Below, in pieces: positions 43,294 to 52,860 of a stretch of 64,000 nucleotides of DNA. The translations under genes and the position numbers were made by a program. The first letter of the stretch is position 1; every line of letters begins with the position of its first letter. The DNA comes from Patescibacteria group bacterium (lineage in GTDB: Bacteria; Patescibacteriota; Dojkabacteria; JAKAPS01; JAJZLI01), in the NCBI GenBank assembly GCA_023380695.1, contig JAMCRT010000030.1:3978-67977 (forward strand). The letters are read 5' to 3'. The notes under the pieces were generated by a model. The model did not search any database. It was not told where the DNA came from and saw only the letters and a program-made list of their open reading frames with translations.

Positions 43294-43752
43294 ATGAGCT
43301 CTACTAATAAAAATTATATAGATGAAATTTCTTTATTTTCAAAAAATGAATTTAGAGGAAAAGATGTTTTTTCAAAATTTAAAAACTATACAGATGAAAA
43401 CAACAAAGTATTACAATTGAGATCTTTTTACAAGTCTCCTACTATAATATTTTTAGCATTTACAACATTTATTGTATTAATTATAGATTTAATTTTATTT
43501 TTTAAGTATTGTATAAATTTATCATCTAAATTAAATATTCCTATATATAATCACTCTAACGTAGTTTTTACAAATTTTTCTATATTAGAGATATTAATTA
43601 TTTTAATAATCTTGTCTGCCGTCTCTTTTTATCTATCATTTAAAACTTATGTTAATATACTATATGTTTCCTTATTCATATTAACTTTTAATGTCTTTAT
43701 TAATATGATATTTTTAATTACTTTTTATAAATTTTTACAAATAACAATATGA
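43294..43752 (+). CDS. Membrane protein (3 TM)
   Basis: Hydrophobic ORF coupled in operon. Confidence 0.6.
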   Translation: MSSTNKNYIDEISLFSKNEFRGKDVFSKFKNYTDENNKVLQLRSFYKSPTIIFLAFTTFIVLIIDLILFFKYCINLSSKLNIPIYNHSNVVFTNFSILEILIILIILSAVSFYLSFKTYVNILYVSLFILTFNVFINMIFLITFYKFLQITI

Positions 43753-44846
43753 TTATATTCTCTCATCTTGGAAAATATCTTGAGCTATTTCCTTTATTTA
43801 TAATATCGTTTATTACTACACTAATTATTACACCTCTCATTGGTATAATATCTAAAAGATTTAAGATTTATGACAACCCTCCTACTCTGAGAAATGATCC
43901 TACCGCAAAAAGAAGAATCCATAATGTAAAAAAATTAAGACTAGGGGGAATAGCTATAATTATTCCTTTTGTTATTTTAACTCTTTTAAATCTTCCTCTT
44001 ACAAAAAACCTTATTATTTTTATAATATGTATATTAATACTTTTAACTGTAGGTATTATTGATGATATATTTGATATACCTGCAAAATACCAATTATTGT
44101 TTCAAATAATAGTAGGCCTTATTACTGTACTTTCTGGTATTGATATAAACTATATATCAAAACCTCTTGGGGGAATATTCTTTTTCAATCAATTTCCAGT
44201 AAATATATTTGGAAATACAGTATATCTCTTATCTGCATTTATTACTTTTATTTGGATACTCTTTATAATTAATGCCATAAAATGGATGGCAGGAACAGAT
44301 GGTCTTGCTGAGGGTAACGTATCTATTGCTGCAATTATCATTGCACTTCTTTCTATAAGATTCTTTACACATGATACAGCTGTAATGGGGTTCATATTTT
44401 CAGGATTAATGCTTGGCTTTCTCTTTTATAATTTTTATCCATCTAAAATATTCTCTGGTTCATCAGGAAAAAGTGTTTACGGATATATAATTGCAATTCT
44501 TGCTATATATTCAGGAGCAAAACTTGCATCAACTATAATTGTTTTATCTATCCCCATAATAGATGCAATATATGTTATCTATAAAAGAATAAGGGAAGAA
44601 AAGCCAAAAAGTATTTCTGCCCTTATCAAAATTAATGACAAAAGACATCTTCATTATAAATTATTAGGGCTTGGATATAATCAAAGGCAGGTAGCATTAA
44701 TTGAATATATTTTTACTATAATAATAGGGATAGTAGCTCTAATTGTGACAGGATTTCATAAAGCTATAATACTCGCAGTCATTCTTCTTATAATAATGCT
44801 ATTTATTTTTACAGTAAATAAAAAAAGTAAAGTTAAAAACATATAA
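43749..44846 (+). CDS. MraY/WecA/TagO-family polyprenyl-phosphate sugar-phosphate transferase
   Basis: RLGGIAI, GIIDD, NAIKWMAGTDGL, YNFYPSKIF, HLHYKL. Confidence 0.85.
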   Translation: MIIFSHLGKYLELFPLFIISFITTLIITPLIGIISKRFKIYDNPPTLRNDPTAKRRIHNVKKLRLGGIAIIIPFVILTLLNLPLTKNLIIFIICILILLTVGIIDDIFDIPAKYQLLFQIIVGLITVLSGIDINYISKPLGGIFFFNQFPVNIFGNTVYLLSAFITFIWILFIINAIKWMAGTDGLAEGNVSIAAIIIALLSIRFFTHDTAVMGFIFSGLMLGFLFYNFYPSKIFSGSSGKSVYGYIIAILAIYSGAKLASTIIVLSIPIIDAIYVIYKRIREEKPKSISALIKINDKRHLHYKLLGLGYNQRQVALIEYIFTIIIGIVALIVTGFHKAIILAVILLIIMLFIFTVNKKSKVKNI

Positions 44847-44885
44847 CTTTAATGAAAATTTAATATAGTATGATATAATTTAGTA

Positions 44886-45245
44886 ATGATAAAAAACAAA
44901 GAAGAGATAACAGAATATTTATCTTCAATTCCACCTTATTGTGAAAAATGTGGAACAATGTATAACAAAGATAAGGTTGAAGTTATTGATAAAAATCAAA
45001 ATATGACAATTATTTACATAATGTGTGAAAATTGTAAAACAAAAAATGTCTTCTATGTAGTAAAACCTATGAACTTTGTTAGTAGGGCAAATTTAATAGT
45101 AGACCTTGATATGGAAGAAATAAAAAAATTTGCAGGATCAAGAAAAATAGACTCTAATGATATATTAAATGTCTTTGATCTTTTATCCACTAAGAAAGCT
45201 AAAAACTCAAAGGATTTTTTAAAAATTATTAATAGTAATGTTTAA
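44886..45245 (+). CDS. Zinc-ribbon protein
   Basis: CEKC...CENC, IDSNDIL. Confidence 0.7.
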   Translation: MIKNKEEITEYLSSIPPYCEKCGTMYNKDKVEVIDKNQNMTIIYIMCENCKTKNVFYVVKPMNFVSRANLIVDLDMEEIKKFAGSRKIDSNDILNVFDLLSTKKAKNSKDFLKIINSNV

Positions 45246-45504
45246 AAAAATATCTGTAAATAAAATATCCTTAATACAAAATGAAATAGAAATAAAAAAA
45301 ATATTAAACAGATATTTTTTAAAACACCTTAAAGAAGATTTTGATGAATTTATTATATTTAAAAATTTTAGTAATAACACCTTAAGCCTTATAATTAAAG
45401 AACCAACACTTGCTCAATATATAAATCTTGATAAAAAAAATATATTAAATATTCTTAATAAAAAATTTGAAATTTCTGATATAAAAATTAAAGTTGGAAA
45501 TTAA
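45238..45504 (+). CDS. DciA/DUF721-like protein
   Basis: NNTLSL...PTLAQYINL...ILN...ISDIKIKVG; next to dnaN. Confidence 0.6.
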   Translation: MFKKISVNKISLIQNEIEIKKILNRYFLKHLKEDFDEFIIFKNFSNNTLSLIIKEPTLAQYINLDKKNILNILNKKFEISDIKIKVGN

Positions 45505-46638
45505 TTATCTCTCATATAATGGCATTATTAAATATGTATAATTACCAAGGTTTTTATCTATAATTTTAGATACTTTTCTAGATTCTGAACTGTTTAATTC
45601 AATTGAAATTTTTTCACCATCGCTGTGGTTTAAAAAATCCATTATATAATTTGCATTAAAATTAACACTTATATCTTTACCTTCAATTTTTGTTTTTATA
45701 GATGAATTTAGATCTCCAACTTCTTTTAATCCAGAATTAAATTCTACTTTATTTTCAATTGAATTAAACAGTTCAGAATCTATAGATATTTCTTTAAATT
45801 TAAAAGGTGTTGAAAGTTTTAAAATATTTTTTAAGTCCTCCCTTTTAATTTCAAATGATGTTGAATAGAATTCTGGAAATATTTTTTTGTAATCTGGATA
45901 TTTTCCTTGTATAATTCTTGATATAAATTTTATATTTTCTATTTCAAAAAGTATTTGATTTCCAGAAATCATATATATATACATAGATACATTATCTTCA
46001 AAATTTTTAGTTTTTATAATATCTGAAATATTATCAAGAGCTTCTTTTGAAATAACTAGATTGTCTATAGAAGATTTTATATCTTCGCTTTCTATTGATA
46101 TACTGGCTAATCTAAAACCATTAATTCCAATAAAGTTTATATTTTTTTCGTCAAATTCCATTAAAACACCTGTTAAAATAGGTCTTGCTTTATCTTTGGA
46201 TGTTGCAAAAGATACTTTATCTATAGCAAAAGATAAAGCATTTGGATTTATTTTTATAAAATAATCTGTATCCTTGTCTCTATCAGGAATATCTGGATAT
46301 TCATCTGTTGGAATTGTATTTAAACTAATTTCATTTTTTTTGTCTTTTATATAAAGAGTGTTGTCTTGTAATAATATATTTATAATACTAGATTTTAAAT
46401 TTGCTATTATTTCGTAGAAATTTTTTAAATTTATTGTGCATTCACCTTTTTCTATAACCTCTATACCTACAATAGTAATTGCACTCTGTTCTAAATTTGT
46501 ACTTTTAATTACTAGTTTTTTCCCATCCACTAAAAGTAGTGCATTATTTAAAATAGGAATAGATGTTCTAACAGGAACTGTTTTTATATTTAAACTTAAA
46601 GCCTCAAGTAAGTTTTCTCTTTTTATTCTAATATTCAT
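45505..46638 (-). CDS. dnaN: DNA polymerase III beta clamp
   Basis: PILNN, STNLE, RPILTGV, NGFRLA, GKYPDY, FNANY, YLIMP. Confidence 0.93.
   Translation of the reverse strand: MNIRIKRENLLEALSLNIKTVPVRTSIPILNNALLLVDGKKLVIKSTNLEQSAITIVGIEVIEKGECTINLKNFYEIIANLKSSIINILLQDNTLYIKDKKNEISLNTIPTDEYPDIPDRDKDTDYFIKINPNALSFAIDKVSFATSKDKARPILTGVLMEFDEKNINFIGINGFRLASISIESEDIKSSIDNLVISKEALDNISDIIKTKNFEDNVSMYIYMISGNQILFEIENIKFISRIIQGKYPDYKKIFPEFYSTSFEIKREDLKNILKLSTPFKFKEISIDSELFNSIENKVEFNSGLKEVGDLNSSIKTKIEGKDISVNFNANYIMDFLNHSDGEKISIELNSSESRKVSKIIDKNLGNYTYLIMPLYER
45579..45782. repeat. Perfect 30-bp inverted repeat pair inside dnaN
   Basis: tagattctgaactgtttaattcaattgaaa at 45579-45608; exact reverse complement at 45753-45782. 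Confidence 0.95.
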
Positions 46639-46917
46639 AATATATTATATATGTAAGTATTATTATGTATTGTTTATAACTCAAAAATTTCTATATATTT
46701 ATTATAGTTACACTTCTAATCTATGTGCAATACATGTTCATAATATAAATTTATCAAAAATACTACAAACAATTAATAATTTAAAATTAATACATTAATT
46801 TAACTTTAAATACAATGTGTATAAAATTAAATTTTTGTGTATTTAATTTTATAACAATAATTGTATTAATTAAAATTATACTACTTCAAAGATATTTATA
46901 AACAATTTATAAACACC
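46639..46917. other. Putative oriC (dnaA-dnaN intergenic)
   Basis: Very AT-rich; DnaA-box-like TGTTTATAA 46671, TGTGTATAA 46816, TTATAAACA 46896 and 46907. Confidence 0.65.
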
Positions 46918-48252
46918 CTATTGTAAAGAACTTCGTATTTCATAAATTTGATTTTTTAGAGCATAATCATCATTTATCATTTTTTCTATTTTATCTACTG
47001 CATACATTACTGTTGTATGATCTTTTCTTTTTAAAAGACTTGCTACATCTGTATAGGGAAGATTTAAATCTACTCTTAAAAGATACATAGCTACCTGTCT
47101 TGGCATAACCACTTTATTTGTTCTTCTTTCTCCCCTTATTTCTTTTATTGATATACCAAATTTTTCACATATTGTATTTATAACATCTTGGGGTTTTATT
47201 CTTTTTATAGTTTTTTTTATCTGTATTCCTAAAATATCTTGTATTTCACTAAATCCCAGTTTTTTTTGTAAAGAATTTTGTATTGCTTCTATTTTTGTTA
47301 AAATTCCTTCAAGTTCTCTTACATTGGATCCAAAATTCTCAGATATAAAATTTATTATATCTTTATCAAATGTTATGTTTTTTTCTTCACATTTTTTATT
47401 TAAAATTGCAGTTTTTAGTTCTATATCTGGAACTCCAATGTCAGCAACCATTCCACCTTCAAATCTAGATACTAATCTTTCTTCTAAATTTTCTATATCT
47501 CTTGGGTGTCTGTCTGAGGCTAATATTATTTGCTTATTTGCTTGATGAAGAGAATTAAATGTGTGGAAAAACTCTTCTTGAGTTCCTTTTTTACCAGATA
47601 TAAATTGTATATCATCAATTATTAAAACATCTTTATCTCTGTATTTTTTCCTAAATTTATCTGAAGAACCATTCTTAATAGACTCTATTAGTTCTCCTAG
47701 AAATGTCTCTGAAGATAAATAAACTACAGAATAACCCTTATTCTTATCTTCTATGGCATTTCCTATGGCTTGTAGTAAGTGGGTTTTTCCAAGACCAACA
47801 CCTCCAAATATAAAGAGAGGGTTGTATATCATTCCAGGTTTCTCAACTACTGCAATAGAAGCTGCATGTGCAAGTCTGTTTGAGGAACCGACAACAAAAT
47901 TAGAGAATAGGTATTTTTTATTTAGATTTGAGGTTTGTTTTTTATCTGTATTGTCTGTTTCTTTTGTATATTCAAATATTGGAGATATGTCATCATCTTC
48001 TAGTTTTTGTATAATTGAAAAATTGATATCAATGGGTTCTCCTGAGGCATCTTGAAGTGCATTTCTTACAGTATTTAAATAGTTGTTTTGAATATAGTCT
48101 ACTATAAATGAATTCTGACATTCTATATTTGCAACCCCATCTTTAATTTCTTTTAAATTTAATTTTGAAAACCAAACTTTAAAACTCTTTTCAGGAACCT
48201 TCAGTTGTATTTTGTCAGTTGCTATTTTCCAAACAGAGTTGATGTTGTCCAT
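46918..48252 (-). CDS. dnaA: Replication initiator DnaA
   Basis: YNPLFIFGGVGLGKTHL, IIDDIQF, QEEFFHTFN, KDHTTVM. Confidence 0.98.
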   Translation of the reverse strand: MDNINSVWKIATDKIQLKVPEKSFKVWFSKLNLKEIKDGVANIECQNSFIVDYIQNNYLNTVRNALQDASGEPIDINFSIIQKLEDDDISPIFEYTKETDNTDKKQTSNLNKKYLFSNFVVGSSNRLAHAASIAVVEKPGMIYNPLFIFGGVGLGKTHLLQAIGNAIEDKNKGYSVVYLSSETFLGELIESIKNGSSDKFRKKYRDKDVLIIDDIQFISGKKGTQEEFFHTFNSLHQANKQIILASDRHPRDIENLEERLVSRFEGGMVADIGVPDIELKTAILNKKCEEKNITFDKDIINFISENFGSNVRELEGILTKIEAIQNSLQKKLGFSEIQDILGIQIKKTIKRIKPQDVINTICEKFGISIKEIRGERRTNKVVMPRQVAMYLLRVDLNLPYTDVASLLKRKDHTTVMYAVDKIEKMINDDYALKNQIYEIRSSLQ

Positions 48253-48324
48253 AAATGAAGTAAATCAAAATTATTAATATTAAAAATTTTTTGGGACAAT
48301 TTAGTGATTTTTATAATAACAAAT

Positions 48325-48333
48325 TGTGGATAA
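48325..48333 (-). promoter_or_regulatory. Perfect DnaA box upstream of dnaA
   Basis: TGTGGATAA = TTATCCACA on minus strand. Confidence 0.8.
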
Positions 48334-48456
48334 CTTTTCAATTATTTGATTAAATGTCGTATAATAACAATATATTTTGTATGGCATCTTTATTAAGTGA
48401 ATAAGCACAACCTAGAGTGCAATTATTCAATTAACTGGAGAGATGTCCCCGATTTA

Positions 48457-49101
48457 TTATAAAATGGCATTAACACTATCTGAAGAGTCTTCAAGCTTAG
48501 CTTCATCTATAACTTTATTTAAGTGAGTTTTTGTCATAGTTTTTAATTTTTTTGAAGGTATTTTCTCTACCCAGTTGAACAACCCGTTATAATCAAAATT
48601 TGATGGCAATGTTAACTCAACCAATGAAACATGGCGAGACCCAAGAACCGAGAGCAGATAAATTGTGTCGAATAGTGCTTTTTCCTTTGTTGCTAAACGT
48701 ACTCCATTTGTTTCAATAAATCCTCCATAGAGTTCTTTTGTAATATGATAAATGTGGAAAGTACCTAATGCAGTAGGTATTTTTTGAGCACGATCTAAAG
48801 ATATAACATGGATTTCTTTGGGAATTTGTTCAATCATATCATGCCTTGATAAGGCTGTCCAAAAAGATCCATAGGCACTATATGGAGCGGTAAGATATGG
48901 GGCAACAATAAGTGGATCCCTTATTGTGCTAATTGCCCACAATCCCCTTTTTATTTTTGTAACAACTCCAGAGTCTACTAGGGTTAACATAGTCTGGGAT
49001 GCAGCTGGTAGGGTTTTTTTTAAAACTAAAGCTACCTCAGTAGTTGTGACTATCGGTTTTTTAACTTGCGCTAGACGACCCAACGACATTATAGAATTCA
49101 T
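48457..49101 (-). CDS. AbiEi-family antitoxin
   Basis: IKRGLW, YGSFWTALSRHDMIEQIP, ATKEKALFD. Confidence 0.8.
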   Translation of the reverse strand: MNSIMSLGRLAQVKKPIVTTTEVALVLKKTLPAASQTMLTLVDSGVVTKIKRGLWAISTIRDPLIVAPYLTAPYSAYGSFWTALSRHDMIEQIPKEIHVISLDRAQKIPTALGTFHIYHITKELYGGFIETNGVRLATKEKALFDTIYLLSVLGSRHVSLVELTLPSNFDYNGLFNWVEKIPSKKLKTMTKTHLNKVIDEAKLEDSSDSVNAIL

Positions 49102-49919
49102 TATTTATCCTCCTTTTGGATTTTGATCTTTTTAATTTTATTAAATTTGTTTGAATTCTTATTTTTATGTATATTATTCATACGATTTATGACAAATTCA
49201 TGCATCCTTTCCCATGACTTTATAGAGTCATATGTTATTCTAAAATCATCTTTTAAAAAAGGGATTACCTGTTCTTTGAAATCTTCATAAGTTAGATTCT
49301 CTACTCTTGATAAGGCCTCTAATATATCTTTCTGTTTTAATATAGTGAGGTGACTTTCTGTTTTTCTGAATAATATCTCTAAATCAAAAATGTCTCTAGC
49401 CTTTGTTTCATTTCTTCTTGCTAGTGCCATAATTTTTTGGTCAATCATTGCATCTAAATTATATCTTTGCAGTAAGTATGGAGTAATGCCATATTGCCCA
49501 ACAATGCTTTCGGGAATATCTATTGTATCAAAACCATAGTCACTATGACGACCAGAAAATTCTATTTTAGTTCTAATTTCAACATCAGAGTTAGTTAAAA
49601 CTAATCCTAATTTCCAGCGATGAGTAGTTGTAGTCTGTTTTGGTTTACTAATATTTACAATGGAAATATTAGCACTATTAAGAGTACTAATAAGTACATT
49701 ACTAACTAAAACCTGACCAACAATTTTTTCTAGCTTTAATCCTTCATCTTTGATTAAATCTAGCTCAATGTCATTAGAATACCTAGGACTATTAAAATAA
49801 TACCTAAGATTAGCACCACCTTTAAGTACGTAATTTTTTGGATTATACTTATAAACCAAAACCGATAAAAATGTTAAATGGAACCGTTCTATAATTTGTG
49901 GTTTTGACGTTTCATTCAT
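49101..49919 (-). CDS. AbiEii-family nucleotidyltransferase toxin
   Basis: LKGGANLRYYFNSPRYSNDI, KIEFS, QKIMAL, ARDIFDL. Confidence 0.85.
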   Translation of the reverse strand: MNETSKPQIIERFHLTFLSVLVYKYNPKNYVLKGGANLRYYFNSPRYSNDIELDLIKDEGLKLEKIVGQVLVSNVLISTLNSANISIVNISKPKQTTTTHRWKLGLVLTNSDVEIRTKIEFSGRHSDYGFDTIDIPESIVGQYGITPYLLQRYNLDAMIDQKIMALARRNETKARDIFDLEILFRKTESHLTILKQKDILEALSRVENLTYEDFKEQVIPFLKDDFRITYDSIKSWERMHEFVINRMNNIHKNKNSNKFNKIKKIKIQKEDK

Positions 49920-50001
49920 AATATATAACTGTACTATAAATTAAATTATAATGCAACTATATGTATCGTCAATACGGACTGAAATATGTTACAATTGATT
50001 A

Positions 50002-50559
50002 ATGAAAAACGAAGGAAGATCTTCTATAAAAATACTTTTAATTGCTGTTATAGTAATAGTTATTCTTGCGTTAATTGTGTTTTTAAATATTCAAACAGGA
50101 AGAAAGGCTTATAACGTAATAAATCCTGGTGGTAGGATTAATGATGCAAATAACCGGTCAAGGGTATCTAATATTAAGGCAATATTTGATGCTCTACAGA
50201 TGTATTATTCCAATAATGGTACATACCCTGCAGGTTTAAATAAACTTCCATCTCCCCTTATAACAAATGCCCCATATGGTTATTCTGTTACTGGATCTAC
50301 AATTGGCGTACCTAATTGTGTTTCAGGTTCAGGAACAATACCTAATGCTACAGTTACAGTTTCTTCGTCTTGCACAAAGCTTACAGCAGGCTCTGTGATA
50401 TATAAAGAACTCTCCAAATATATAAGTGTTATTCCAACGGGGAATTACTATTTAGTTGAAAATAGTACAGGAAACAAAGTTGTAGTATTTGCAACTGGAA
50501 TGAGGCAAGGAATAACATCCGATACTGAAGGTTATCCAGTAGCCTGGTATTATAACTAA
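50002..50559 (+). CDS. Pilin-like protein with degenerate prepilin motif
   Basis: Body nearly identical to 51242-51778, but N-terminus is G|RSSIKILL. Confidence 0.75.
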   Translation: MKNEGRSSIKILLIAVIVIVILALIVFLNIQTGRKAYNVINPGGRINDANNRSRVSNIKAIFDALQMYYSNNGTYPAGLNKLPSPLITNAPYGYSVTGSTIGVPNCVSGSGTIPNATVTVSSSCTKLTAGSVIYKELSKYISVIPTGNYYLVENSTGNKVVVFATGMRQGITSDTEGYPVAWYYN

Positions 50560-50642
50560 ATATATCTAACACAAAATGTTTCTGTAACAATGTTTTTATA
50601 GAACACTTTTACTTCTTTTATTTATTTGCTATAAATTAATTA

Positions 50643-51167
50643 ATGAAAAATGAAGGTTTCACTCTTATAGAAATACTTTTAGTTATAGTTATAATAGCAA
50701 TACTTGCATTAGTTGTGTTTTTAAATATTCAACCACAAGGAAGGATATATGATGCTACAGATAGTACAAATATAAAAGAGATTAAATCTGTTTTATCTGC
50801 AGTTGAGATGTACACGGTTGATAATAAAGGTAATCCTCCTTCATCTATTCCGTTTATTCCCTCTCCTTTCATTACAAACAATAAAAATTCTTCAGGTTTA
50901 GGTTCTGGGTTTAATATTACAAATAATTCTACAGGAATTCCTAACTGTACTCAGGCAGGGGCTAACACAAACACATGCTTACCAATAACTAATGCTTTAT
51001 TTGACTCTCAGATAAAGAAATATTTATCTGCTATGCCTTCTGGGCAATTTTATATTGCAAGAAGTTCTGGTGGTTCACAAATTGTTGTGTTTTCATCAAG
51101 TATGAAAAAAGGAATAACAATTGATAGTAAAGGGTTTGGAGTAGGATTTGATATTTACAGATTTTAA
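50643..51167 (+). CDS. Type IV pilin
   Basis: NEG|FTLIEILLV; Cys pair. Confidence 0.85.
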   Translation: MKNEGFTLIEILLVIVIIAILALVVFLNIQPQGRIYDATDSTNIKEIKSVLSAVEMYTVDNKGNPPSSIPFIPSPFITNNKNSSGLGSGFNITNNSTGIPNCTQAGANTNTCLPITNALFDSQIKKYLSAMPSGQFYIARSSGGSQIVVFSSSMKKGITIDSKGFGVGFDIYRF

Positions 51168-51241
51168 ATATAAAAGAGTTGTTTGACAAAACTGTAAGGT
51201 TATTCTAAATTTAATATAATAAAAAGGAGGTGAGCTAGAAA

Positions 51242-51778
51242 ATGAAAAAAATAAATAACAAGGGTTTCACCTTAATAGAAATTCTTATAGTAATTGTTAT
51301 AATAGCTATACTTGCATTAGTTGTATTTGTTGCAATAAATCCTGTAGGTAGGATTCATGATGCAAACAACTCATCAAGAGTATCTAACATTAAATCAATA
51401 TTTAATGCTGTGCAGATGTATACTTCTGATAATCAAGGATCATATCCAGGTGGGTTGTCTCAACTTTCATCTCCACTTATAACAAGTGCTGCATATGGTT
51501 ATTCTGTTACCGGATCTACAATTGGAGTACCTAATTGTGTTTCAGGTTCAGGAACAATACCTAATGCTACAGTTACAGTTTCTTCATCTTGTGTACAACT
51601 TACATCAGGATCTACAATATATACAGAACTATCTAAATACGTAAGCTCTCTTCCAACAGGGAATTACTATTTAGCTGAAAATAGTGCAGGAAACAAAGTT
51701 GTAGTATTTGCAACTGGAATGCAACAAGGAGTAACATCCGATACTGCAGGTTATCCAGTAGCTTGGGATTATAACTAA
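51242..51778 (+). CDS. Probable major type IV pilin
   Basis: NKG|FTLIEILIV...AINP; TTGACA promoter, strong AAGGAGGTGA RBS, own terminator. Confidence 0.88.
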   Translation: MKKINNKGFTLIEILIVIVIIAILALVVFVAINPVGRIHDANNSSRVSNIKSIFNAVQMYTSDNQGSYPGGLSQLSSPLITSAAYGYSVTGSTIGVPNCVSGSGTIPNATVTVSSSCVQLTSGSTIYTELSKYVSSLPTGNYYLAENSAGNKVVVFATGMQQGVTSDTAGYPVAWDYN

Positions 51779-51791
51779 GCATATTTAAAGT

Positions 51792-51817
51792 AGAGGGGGT
51801 TGACCCCTCTCTTTATT
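51792..51817 (+). terminator. Intrinsic terminator after pilin
   Basis: AGAGGGG-GTTGA-CCCCTCT followed by T-rich tract. Confidence 0.6.
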
Positions 51818-51834
51818 TGTATATAATATAAAAT

Positions 51835-52155
51835 ATGTCTAAATTAAAAATAGATTCACAAAATTTCGAAAACGAAGTAATAAATTCAGAAATTCCAGTT
51901 ATGGTTGATTTTTGGGCAGATTGGTGTATGCCATGTCATATGTTAGATCCTGTAATAGAGGAAATAGCAAATGAATTTGAAGGTAAAATAAAAGTAGGGG
52001 GACTAAATGTTGATGAAAATGGAGATTTATCTTCAAAATATTCAATCATGAGTATTCCTGCCGTTTTATTTTTCAAAGACGGAAAAGAAGTTTCTCGCCT
52101 TATTGGTGTTAGAGGAAAGGAAGATTTTACAGCAGAAATAGATAAAATTACTTAA
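51835..52155 (+). CDS. trxA: Thioredoxin
   Basis: VDFWADWCMPC, SIPA. Confidence 0.92.
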   Translation: MSKLKIDSQNFENEVINSEIPVMVDFWADWCMPCHMLDPVIEEIANEFEGKIKVGGLNVDENGDLSSKYSIMSIPAVLFFKDGKEVSRLIGVRGKEDFTAEIDKIT

Positions 52156-52158
52156 ATT

Positions 52159-52812
52159 GTGAATTTAAATATATTTACTTTATATCCAGACTATTTTATA
52201 TCTCCTTTTAACTTTGGAATTCTTAAAAAAGCTTTATCAGAAAAGTTGGTAAATATAAACGTAATAAACTTGAGAGAGTTTGCCTATGATAAAAGGGGGT
52301 CTGTTGATGATACTCCTTATGGAGGGGGAGCAGGAATGGTTTTAAGGGTAGATGTTTTACATAGAGCTCTTGAAAGTGTTAAATCGAAAAATGGGTTTTC
52401 TATTATGCTGTCTCCCGCAGGGAAAAGATATAATCAAAAAATTGCAAGGAAACTTTCAGTGAAAAAAGAAATAAATATTTTTTCAGGGAGGTTTGAGGGT
52501 TTTGATGAAAGATTTCTAAATTTTGTTGATATGGAATTATCTTTAGGAGACTTTGTTCTATCAGGAGGAGAGAGTGCTTCCCTTGTTGTTATAGATTCAG
52601 TTGTTCGTCTTATTCCTGGAGTTTTGGGAAATGAGAAATCTTTAGATACAGAATCTTTTTCTTTGGGAGGTTTATTAGAATATCCGCAATATACAAAACC
52701 AAAAGATTTTATGGGATTTGGTGTTCCAGAGGTACTTTTAAGTGGAGATCATAAGAAAATAGATATATGGAGAAAAGAGAAGAGCCTACAAAAAACCAAA
52801 AAGAGAGTTTAA
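52159..52812 (+). CDS. trmD: tRNA (guanine-N1)-methyltransferase
   Basis: VDDTPYGGGAGMV, GRFEGFDER, SLGDFVLSGGE, LEYPQYT. Confidence 0.96.
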   Translation: MNLNIFTLYPDYFISPFNFGILKKALSEKLVNINVINLREFAYDKRGSVDDTPYGGGAGMVLRVDVLHRALESVKSKNGFSIMLSPAGKRYNQKIARKLSVKKEINIFSGRFEGFDERFLNFVDMELSLGDFVLSGGESASLVVIDSVVRLIPGVLGNEKSLDTESFSLGGLLEYPQYTKPKDFMGFGVPEVLLSGDHKKIDIWRKEKSLQKTKKRV

Positions 52813-52860
52813 AGATATATGGCTATTGATAGTTTGTATTGATTGATATATATTTAAAAT

